IMG/VR virus record: IMGVR_UViG_3300000929_000007
Reading direction: 5' to 3' (one strand)
Source of the DNA: an uncultured virus (IMG/VR IMGVR_UViG_3300000929_000007)
Taxonomy: Duplodnaviria; Heunggongvirae; Uroviricota; Caudoviricetes
DNA: 64,000 bases
Shown here: one piece after another, positions 57,501 to 64,000 of the stretch
How the letters are laid out: each line of letters opens with the position of its first letter
Position numbering within the stretch: the stretch's first letter is position 1
Program-made: the position numbers and the translations under genes
The notes under the pieces: generated by a model
The model's database searches: none
What the model was told of the DNA's origin: nothing
What the model saw: the letters and a program-made list of their open reading frames with translations, nothing else

Positions 57501-57996
57501 TGTTCGTGCTGCCGGTGATACTACTCTCCAGAATAACATTAACACAGAAGTTGCGTTACGTGTTGCTGGTGATAATTCACTTCAGAATCAGATTAACAGT
57601 ATTGTCTCTAACACTGATCCAGCTGCTTTGGATTCATTGACAGAGATTGTTGCTGCTTTCCAATCTGCTGATGGAACGTTACAAGGATTGGTCAGTTCTA
57701 ACAATGCTAGTATCTCTACTTTAAATACTAAAGTAGGTGCTATCGAAAATTGGGACACTGATGACCTAAGTGAAGGTACTAACAAGTACTGGACTCCGGA
57801 ACGTACTAAGTCGGTATTGTCTGGTGGTCTATGTATCACTTACAATTCAACCACTGGTGAAATCAAGATTGACGAAGCGGAAACTGCTTCATCTCTACAC
57901 GTAGCATCATCTACTAACGCGAACGGTTTGGGTGGACAAGCTCCTTCTCACTACCGTATTGACATCTATGATATCAATGGTGTTATTGTAAACTAA
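54568..57996 (+). CDS. long coiled-coil fibre protein, paralogous to 49409..54496
   Basis: SPESLDTLQEIVAAF, APGALDTLNELAAALGDD, YSLGS..K.WRDVY, VQGNLSVQGTVTTVNS modules. Confidence 0.8.
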   Translation: MSSNKKFRIQNGVNIIGELSIDDITIIDANGNVSADAIATAVASLTAGDLADLQAQVTTILGSSPESLDTLQEIVAAFEAADSTLTGTVAANASAITTINNTLASGVATPADISGLDSDIGVLETFVKGGASLSTVATNVVPAINELVSEVATVKSAQTGDTTTLTSAINTAKSEAISAASADATTKADAAEAAANAYTDTEVAALVASAPGALDTLNELAAALGDDANFASSITASIATKADDTATTAALGLKANASDVAASFSAEESARDSDVLAAIATSSADATSKADAAQLAAETTASADATTKADAAKVAANAYAVSIVSSTVDAEANTRAAADTALSSRITAVEGYSTTDIPQGSNEYFTTAKARASVQAGTGLSYNQSTGEFSTNLVAGDGVSVSGGTISIDGTSIGQNLVPSLDDTYSLGSPDKVWRDVYIGPGSLYINGTKILEDNSGTITMYADSGQNLSFGTSGGGVIDLNAGSESIQVKSNFILSSGKTITTVGGAATQFGGDVEMNGNCIFNVAVPQTDGEAANKGYVDSKIAADHVGNKSFLGDVDVQGNLSVQGTVTTVNSETISLADNIIDLNSNVTSGTPTENAGFRVMRGDEAAAQIRWNETSDQWEVFDGSSYTKIALSTSDLVEGSNEYFTDAKAKSAVAADIASAVTALDNDLQGQIHTLSSGASTEASTRASADSVLQGNITAEVTRATAAEGVNATAISSEASTRASADTTLQSNIDAEQLARESADSDLQSQITAEVTSRANAVSGLITDVANANTARITGDNNLQAAITSVQNAVNAITTGTIPALDTIVEVVAAFEAADGNLQSLMSGNSSAINVIDGRVDTLDSDMAVVQGLASATASTVAVQGGRLSTEEGNVDSLQTFTGIGTALDTTAASLAVAINELHGELNTAVTSISNEITRATAAEGVNDTAITSEASARSAADILLQGNIDTEASTRAAADSDLQVGLAAELVVRAAGDTTLQNNINTEVALRVAGDNSLQNQINSIVSNTDPAALDSLTEIVAAFQSADGTLQGLVSSNNASISTLNTKVGAIENWDTDDLSEGTNKYWTPERTKSVLSGGLCITYNSTTGEIKIDEAETASSLHVASSTNANGLGGQAPSHYRIDIYDINGVIVN

Positions 57997-58018
57997 TATT
58001 ACTAATAAGTAGTATGCG

Positions 58019-58047
58019 AAAGGGGACACTTCGGTGTCCCTTTTTTT
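58019..58047 (+). terminator. intrinsic terminator
   Basis: GGGACAC-TTCG-GTGTCCC followed by T7. Confidence 0.9.
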
Positions 58048-58064
58048 ATGTGCGCTATAAAACG

Positions 58065-58072
58065 TATAAATA
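58065..58072 (+). promoter_or_regulatory. T4-type late promoter
   Basis: TATAAATA upstream of gp13. Confidence 0.75.
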
Positions 58073-58100
58073 GAACTAGAATAACTTTAGGACGCACCTC

Positions 58101-58871
58101 ATGTATGTAACTAACCGAGATGATTTGATGGACTATTGCTTGCGTGCATTAGGGCACCCAGTAGTAGAAGTCAATATAGATGAAGAACAATTGGATGACC
58201 GTGTAGACGAAGCACTTCAGTGGTTTCGTGAATTTCATCCAGATGGAAGTAAACGCTTTTACTTGAAGCATCAATTGACTCAGGAAGATATCGACAATCA
58301 ATCTATCGATTTTCCTGACAATTTGGATATGATAAGTGTAGTTCGTATGCTCCCCATGTCCTTTAACGGTTCACAGAATGGATGGTTCAGTGACGCATGG
58401 CAGTACATGAAATTTACCATGTCAGACTTTGTTGCCGGAAATGGCATCTTGGGAGACCTTGCTCAGTACGAACAGATGCAGCAACACTTATCGTTGTTGG
58501 ACATGAAGTTAACTGGACAACCAGAGATTTTATTCGATAGACAATATAATAGAATAAATCTAACTATAGGTAAAAGCAAACTTACTGCGGGGGATTATAT
58601 CGTATTTGAGGTATATGGTATTAGAGACCCAGACGATTCAATAACAGAATATAACTCTCTTTGGAATCATCGTTTTCTCAAATCATATTGTACTGCGCTC
58701 ATTAAGAGACAGTGGGGTACTAACTTGATTAAGTTTGATGGAATGACATTGCCAGGCGGTGTCACTGTAAACGCTCGTCAAATCTATGAAGATGCTCTAC
58801 AAGACATCGAAAAAATCATGGAGAAATTCCGTGAAGAGGAAGACGAAGGCCCAATCTTTTTTGTAGGGTAA
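58101..58871 (+). CDS. gp13: neck protein gp13
   Basis: YCLR.LG.PV.EVN...EQ..D.V.EALQ, Y.TALIKRQWG.NL.KF.G..LPGGVT.N. Confidence 0.93.
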   Translation: MYVTNRDDLMDYCLRALGHPVVEVNIDEEQLDDRVDEALQWFREFHPDGSKRFYLKHQLTQEDIDNQSIDFPDNLDMISVVRMLPMSFNGSQNGWFSDAWQYMKFTMSDFVAGNGILGDLAQYEQMQQHLSLLDMKLTGQPEILFDRQYNRINLTIGKSKLTAGDYIVFEVYGIRDPDDSITEYNSLWNHRFLKSYCTALIKRQWGTNLIKFDGMTLPGGVTVNARQIYEDALQDIEKIMEKFREEEDEGPIFFVG

Positions 58872-58874
58872 CCC

Positions 58875-59765
58875 ATGGCAACTAATCCATATATAAGTCA
58901 AAATCACAGACCAGAACAGAGTTTATACGAAGACTTAATTATAGAGTCTATTAAATTCTATGGTCAGGACATTTATTATCTACCCCGAGAAGTTGTAGAG
59001 AGGGAAGATATCTTTCTGGACAGCATTCAGTCCCAGTTCTCTGACGCCTATAAGGTAGAGGTTTTCATAGAGAATACTGACGGATTTGACGGAGAGGGAG
59101 ACCTGTTCACCAAGTTTGGTATCGAGTTACGCGATCAAGCAACATTTGTGATTGCTCGTCGGCGATGGCAGGAATTAATTGGTGATAAACTATCAGACAA
59201 GAAATTCAGACCAAGGGAGGGTGATGTTATATTCTTACCTCTATCTCAGTCTTTGTTCGAGGTCAAGAAAGTTGAGACTGAAACTCCTTTCTATCAGTTA
59301 TCCCAGTTACCACTCTTCCGTATGCAGTGTGAGTTGTTTGAGTTCTCTGATGAAGACTTTGACACTGGTATTGACGCAATTGATATCGTAGAAAAAGAAC
59401 ACGCCTATCAGTATCATATGACTATGGCTGAACCAGATTCTAACCAAGGTGGTTTCTACGAGACCGGAGAATACGTATTCCAGACGTTTGACGATTTTGA
59501 ACTTGGCGGTGAAGTTACTGCGTGGAACAGTCAAACACGTGTGCTATCTATCGCGCACACGGGTGCTGATGACGGACAATACCACATGTGGTCTGATGAC
59601 CGAGAAGTATTTGCGGAGTCTGGTGCGGTGTATATGCCGGTACAGGGAACCATTGGGGATAATGTAAACGAAATACAACCTCTATCACAGAATAAAATAT
59701 TTGATGATTTCGAAAATGATTTCCTAGACTTTTCAGAATCGAACCCCTTCGGAGATGTTTCATAA
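58875..59765 (+). CDS. gp14: neck protein gp14
   Basis: NPY, EQ.L.EDL..ESIK.YG.D.YYLPR, KFG, RP.EGD.I..P, LDFSE.NPFG. Confidence 0.93.
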   Translation: MATNPYISQNHRPEQSLYEDLIIESIKFYGQDIYYLPREVVEREDIFLDSIQSQFSDAYKVEVFIENTDGFDGEGDLFTKFGIELRDQATFVIARRRWQELIGDKLSDKKFRPREGDVIFLPLSQSLFEVKKVETETPFYQLSQLPLFRMQCELFEFSDEDFDTGIDAIDIVEKEHAYQYHMTMAEPDSNQGGFYETGEYVFQTFDDFELGGEVTAWNSQTRVLSIAHTGADDGQYHMWSDDREVFAESGAVYMPVQGTIGDNVNEIQPLSQNKIFDDFENDFLDFSESNPFGDVS

Positions 59766-60544
59766 TGTTAGGTACTTATTTTTATAACAAGCGAGTAAGG
59801 ACTTCTGTATCTATATTTGGTTCTCTGTTTAATGACATACATGTTTTGAGAACAGACTCTAACGGTAAAGTCTTATCACAAGTCAAAGTACCATTATCTT
59901 ATGCTCCGAAGAGGAGTTTCTTAGAGAGACTCGAAGAGATGTCGCAAGGTGAAGAGGCTGAACGTCGCGTCGCCATTAAGTTACCTAGAATGTCCTTCGA
60001 GATAATTGGTATTAATTATGACCCGCAGCGTCAGTTACCTAAAATGAATACGTTTAATGCGGCACCTATTGGTGAAAGAAAAGATTTATACACAGGTGTT
60101 CCGTATATATTGTCGTTTCAATTAGCAGTTTATGCTAAATCGCAAGATGATGCGTTACAAGTGGTTGAACAAATTATACCATACTTTGCTCCGCAATACA
60201 CGCTCTCGGTAAAACCATTCAGCGATTTACCCGATATAGTCGAAGATATTCCGGTCACTCTCACTGGTGTAGATTTTCAAGATGATTATGAAGGCCCATT
60301 AGAGCAACGTAGAACAATTATATATAATCTTAACTTTGAGATGAAAACTAATTTCTACGGGCCAGTGAAGGAAGGCACGCTTATTAGAGAAGTTAACACT
60401 AATATACACATGCTTTCCAATGATGATTTAAACCCGTTCTTGAGTAATATAAGAATTACTACAGACCCAATTGACGTGAGTCCTGATAGTGACTATGGAT
60501 TTACTATAGAGATTAATGATGAGCAAAGTCCCAACGGTATCTAA
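59765..60544 (+). CDS. gp15: tail sheath stabilizer / terminator gp15
   Basis: YFYN..R.....FG.LFN.I, VP..Y.PK, LPRMSFE, D.LQ.VEQI.P.F.P, RR.IIY. Confidence 0.93.
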   Translation: MLGTYFYNKRVRTSVSIFGSLFNDIHVLRTDSNGKVLSQVKVPLSYAPKRSFLERLEEMSQGEEAERRVAIKLPRMSFEIIGINYDPQRQLPKMNTFNAAPIGERKDLYTGVPYILSFQLAVYAKSQDDALQVVEQIIPYFAPQYTLSVKPFSDLPDIVEDIPVTLTGVDFQDDYEGPLEQRRTIIYNLNFEMKTNFYGPVKEGTLIREVNTNIHMLSNDDLNPFLSNIRITTDPIDVSPDSDYGFTIEINDEQSPNGI

Positions 60545-60893
60545 CAAAGAAGAGAAACGTAATTTTGTACATGAACAAGACTATGAATACTCTCGTGAAA
60601 CTTACTACGACCTTATTGAAAAGGGTCGTGAGTCTTTAGAGTTGATGATTGAGGTAGCTCGCGAAAGTGAGCACCCCCGAGCATTTGAAGTTCTGGCTGG
60701 TATGATTAAAGGTATCGCTGACGTTAACGATAAGTTAATGGATTTGAACAAGAAGCAGAAAGAACTTTTAAAAGACGATAGACCCGCAGACGCAACAACT
60801 ACTAATAACAATTTATTTGTAGGTTCTACTACAGACCTTCAGCGCATGTTATTGGGTGGTGATGAAAAGGTGATTGATCAGGACGATTCATAA
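60516..60893 (+). CDS. gp16: terminase small subunit gp16
   Basis: DYEYSR..Y.LI.KG, A..SEHPRAFEV, NNNLFVGST.DLQ. Confidence 0.92.
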   Translation: MMSKVPTVSNKEEKRNFVHEQDYEYSRETYYDLIEKGRESLELMIEVARESEHPRAFEVLAGMIKGIADVNDKLMDLNKKQKELLKDDRPADATTTNNNLFVGSTTDLQRMLLGGDEKVIDQDDS

Positions 60894-62515
60894 TGGCATC
60901 TTTCACTAAGAACTCCTATCTCGGAAACCCTCAAGTAAAACGTGACGGTGTCTCAGAGGAGTGGGATAAGAAGAAACTTCGAGAATACCAGAAGTGTATG
61001 AAAGACCCCGCGTATTTCTGTAGGAAGTATGTTAAGGTAGTTCATCTTGATAAAGGTCTAGTACCTTTCGATCTATATGATTATCAAGAAAATATGTTTA
61101 ATCACTTTAATGATAATAGATTTTCTATCGTTCTCGCTTGTAGGCAATCTGGTAAATCAATTAGTTCGGTAGGGTATATTTTATGGTATGCCGTATTTCA
61201 TCCAGAAAAGACTATTGCGGTTCTTGCTAACAAAGGCGCGACGGCACGTGAGATGTTATCTCGTGTAACACTCATGTTAGAGAACCTCCCGTTCTTCCTA
61301 CAGCCTGGCTGTAAAGCACTTAACAAAGGGTCAATAGAGTTCTCTAATAACTCTCGTATCATTGCTGCAGCAACCTCTGGTTCTTCTATTCGTGGTATGT
61401 CGGTTAACCTTCTGTTCCTAGACGAGTTTGCGTTCGTAGAGAATGCGGCAGAGTTCTATACATCAACCTATCCTGTAATTTCGTCCGGTAAGGACACAAA
61501 AGTTATCATAACAAGTACCGCAAACGGTATTGGTAATACTTTCCAAAAGATATGGGAAGGTGCTGTACAGGGTGTTAATGCCTACAAACCGTTTCGTGTA
61601 GATTGGTGGGATGTCCCTGGCCGAGACGAGAAGTGGAAAGCGCAAACTATAGCAAACACCTCCTCCTTACAGTTTGACCAAGAATTTGGTAATACGTTCT
61701 TCGGTACGGGTAATACTCTCATTGAGGGTCAGATACTTCTAGATTTACGTGCGCGTCAACCAGTTCGTCGATTGGAAGGCGGGGACGTATCAGTATATGA
61801 AGAACCCATTATAGATCACCAGTATATCATGACCGTTGATGTTTGTCAAGGGCGTGGACAAGATTATTCTACATTTACTATATTTGATGTTTCAGTACAA
61901 CCATTCAAACAGGTATGCGTGTATCGCAATAACCGAATATCCCCAATTCTTTATCCCAACATAATATATAAATATGCTACCGTATACAACGAAGCGTATG
62001 TTGTCGTAGAGAACAATGACCAAGGTATGGTCGTGTGTGTTGGTCTATATCAAGACTTAGAGTATGAGAACATCCATCTAGAGTCAGCAATCAAGGCAGA
62101 TTCTATTGGTATTCGTATGGACAAAAAAGTCAAACGAATTGGATGTTCGGCAATCAAGGACATCATCGAAAATCATAAACTAGATATTTACGATGAAAAT
62201 ACTATCATGGAAATATCAACCTTTATATCTAAGGGGTTGTCTTTCGAAGCGAGTGACGGTAACCATGATGACTTAATGATGAACCTTGTGATGTTTGGAT
62301 ACTTTGTTAGCTCACAATCTTTTGGCAATGTTGCGGATGTTGATTTTAGAACAATGCTATTTGAACAACGAATGAAAGAGATTGAAGACGACATACCCCC
62401 ATTCGGAATTATTGATGATGGCTCATCATATAGTACCGAACTTGACCTGACAGATCCCTATAATGCGGGTTGGCATGACATATCAGCACAGCAGTTTACT
62501 CCCGAAGAATGGTAG
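60893..62515 (+). CDS. gp17: terminase large subunit gp17
   Basis: YLGNP, RQSGKS (Walker A), LFLDEFAF (Walker B), ITSTANG, G.G.DYS, HDDL.M. Confidence 0.97.
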   Translation: MASFTKNSYLGNPQVKRDGVSEEWDKKKLREYQKCMKDPAYFCRKYVKVVHLDKGLVPFDLYDYQENMFNHFNDNRFSIVLACRQSGKSISSVGYILWYAVFHPEKTIAVLANKGATAREMLSRVTLMLENLPFFLQPGCKALNKGSIEFSNNSRIIAAATSGSSIRGMSVNLLFLDEFAFVENAAEFYTSTYPVISSGKDTKVIITSTANGIGNTFQKIWEGAVQGVNAYKPFRVDWWDVPGRDEKWKAQTIANTSSLQFDQEFGNTFFGTGNTLIEGQILLDLRARQPVRRLEGGDVSVYEEPIIDHQYIMTVDVCQGRGQDYSTFTIFDVSVQPFKQVCVYRNNRISPILYPNIIYKYATVYNEAYVVVENNDQGMVVCVGLYQDLEYENIHLESAIKADSIGIRMDKKVKRIGCSAIKDIIENHKLDIYDENTIMEISTFISKGLSFEASDGNHDDLMMNLVMFGYFVSSQSFGNVADVDFRTMLFEQRMKEIEDDIPPFGIIDDGSSYSTELDLTDPYNAGWHDISAQQFTPEEW

Positions 62516-62527
62516 ATTTAAAAATAA

Positions 62528-62535
62528 TATAAATA
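62528..62535 (+). promoter_or_regulatory. T4-type late promoter
   Basis: TATAAATA upstream of gp18. Confidence 0.75.
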
Positions 62536-62601
62536 GAAGTATTGAGAAAAAAATCCGTATTATGATAAACTTATTATACCTTAATCGAAAAGGAAACTAT
62601 T

Positions 62602-64000
62602 ATGGCTCTTAAATCGTCAGAGTCTCCAAATGTTACAGTACGCGAAGTCGATCTAACAGGCGTTGTTCCTGCTACGTCTAGTACTACTGGCGCATTCGCT
62701 GGAGAATTTAACTGGGGCCCCGCACTTAAACCAACTATCGTTTCTAACGAAGCAGAGTTGGCACTTAAATTTGGGTCACCTGTACAAGGAGGCGCGGCCG
62801 CCTCAGACTTTTTGTCTGTTGCGCAATTCCTCAAATATTCATCAACTGCATACGTTACGCGTATTGTAAGCGATGGAGACACTAACGCTGTTGCTGAAGG
62901 TTCGGCAGGCGGGACAGAGGTTGTTGCCGGTGGTAGCGATCTAACTTTGCGGTATGTCACCGAAGGCGAAGTGTATTTCTATGAATTACCCTTCCGCGTC
63001 GGAGATAATGCGTTAAACCCTGTAATTGATAGCACATGGAAAACTAATGTTCTTGACGCCACCGGAGCCGTAGTTCATGCTGTCGGCACTTCGGCTGATG
63101 GTGAGTTGACATTAACAACTCCTCCGCTAACTGGTAACAGTCGGTTAGTATATACCCCTGAAGCTGACGGTGATGGAGTGGTAACTCCACATCCAGAAAT
63201 CGTAGCAACATGGTTATATGACCAACCACTACCTACTGGTATCCAAGTACTTAATGCTGAAGATTACGAACAGCAAGATTTGGATTTTTACAAGATTATA
63301 GCACGCTATCCTGGCGACCGTGGTAACCTCATTAGTGTTCAAGTTTGCCCTCCTGCAGCATTTGCCCAATGGACTTACGCAAGCAAGTTTTCTTCTGCGC
63401 CAGTAGGTAATGAAGTTCACGTCGTGATCTTAGTCGACGGTGAAGTTGTTGAGACTCACGAGTACTTATCAACTGTTGAAGGCGCAAAACTACCAGACGG
63501 TTCAGCGAACAATGTATTGGATGTTATCAATAACAAATCCGATTGGGTTTGGGCGTCTAGCATTGGTACTTTAACAACTAGTGTTGTGACATTCACCTTG
63601 TCAGGTGGAGCTAACGGTGTACATGGTAAGGCGGACTATATTCGCGCATTCGACCAGTACGCAGACGTAGATTCAATTACAGTAGATTTCTTAGTAGCAC
63701 CTTCTCGCGGAGCAAATGACGGGATTGATGTTGAGGTAGCAGCTTTGGCCAAAACACGTAGAGATTGTGTTGCGGTAGCATCTCCTTATGGGGACGCAGT
63801 CAAAGCATCAAGCATGGACGACATTATAGCTTGGTCTAATGGATTACCCGACAGCGATTACCTCATTTGTGACGGTAACTGGTTAAAGGTATACAACAAG
63901 TATCAGGACAAGTACGAGACTATCGCGGCGGCATCATCTACCGCAGGTATCATGGCAGCAGCAGATAGAGATTCAGCACCTTGGTTCTCACCAGCTGGTT
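62602..64000 (+). CDS. gp18: tail sheath protein gp18 (5' part; runs off window)
   Basis: AAGGA SD; MALKSSESPNVTVREVDLT...GAFAGEFNWGP, ARYPG..GN, R.DC.A..SP, PWFSPAG; absent from ORF track because no stop in window. Confidence 0.93.
   Translation, partial: MALKSSESPNVTVREVDLTGVVPATSSTTGAFAGEFNWGPALKPTIVSNEAELALKFGSPVQGGAAASDFLSVAQFLKYSSTAYVTRIVSDGDTNAVAEGSAGGTEVVAGGSDLTLRYVTEGEVYFYELPFRVGDNALNPVIDSTWKTNVLDATGAVVHAVGTSADGELTLTTPPLTGNSRLVYTPEADGDGVVTPHPEIVATWLYDQPLPTGIQVLNAEDYEQQDLDFYKIIARYPGDRGNLISVQVCPPAAFAQWTYASKFSSAPVGNEVHVVILVDGEVVETHEYLSTVEGAKLPDGSANNVLDVINNKSDWVWASSIGTLTTSVVTFTLSGGANGVHGKADYIRAFDQYADVDSITVDFLVAPSRGANDGIDVEVAALAKTRRDCVAVASPYGDAVKASSMDDIIAWSNGLPDSDYLICDGNWLKVYNKYQDKYETIAAASSTAGIMAAADRDSAPWFSPAG

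Noticed and set aside
33326..57996. Diversity-generating retroelement acting on fibre genes
   Set aside because: No reverse transcriptase ORF, and no template/variable repeat pair differing at adenines was seen
60893..64000. Introns, inteins or homing endonucleases in gp17/gp18
   Set aside because: gp17 is 540 aa with contiguous motifs, and gp18 reads as one open frame as far as I followed it

Overview
This window is part of the genome of a T4-like (Tevenvirinae/Kyanoviridae-type) myovirus, with 8 short assembly N-gaps. It has four parts. (1) 1-7.3 kb is an early accessory region of small ORFs driven by repeated sigma70-type promoter/leader cassettes; it includes a DenV-family glycosylase, an HEXXH peptidase, an overlapping PD-(D/E)XK nuclease + SPPY methyltransferase pair, a MazG-like protein and a ~100-nt structured RNA ending in ACCA. 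(2) 7.5-21.7 kb holds gp33, gp32 and the T4 core baseplate/head-completion genes (gp29-like, 51, 26, 54, 2, 4, 48, 53, 27-like, 5, 25, 6, 7). (3) 21.7-58 kb is a large fibre/appendage island around gp8. It has a collagen-like fibre, a DUF4815-like protein, a gpJ-like tip module, several coiled-coil fibres, three glycosyltransferase-like genes and two 2OG-Fe(II) oxygenase-like genes placed behind fibre genes. (4) 58-64 kb holds gp13, 14, 15, 16, 17 and the 5' part of gp18. The most striking observation is the ~1,690-aa tetrapeptide-repeat protein at 37434-42508. Its N- and C-terminal arms are mirror-complementary unit by unit: every R/S-initiated unit faces a Gly-containing unit. This suggests a giant self-pairing antiparallel protein hairpin with an aromatic tip, encoded beside candidate modifying enzymes. 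All functional calls come from motif recognition and T4 synteny by eye; no searches were run.
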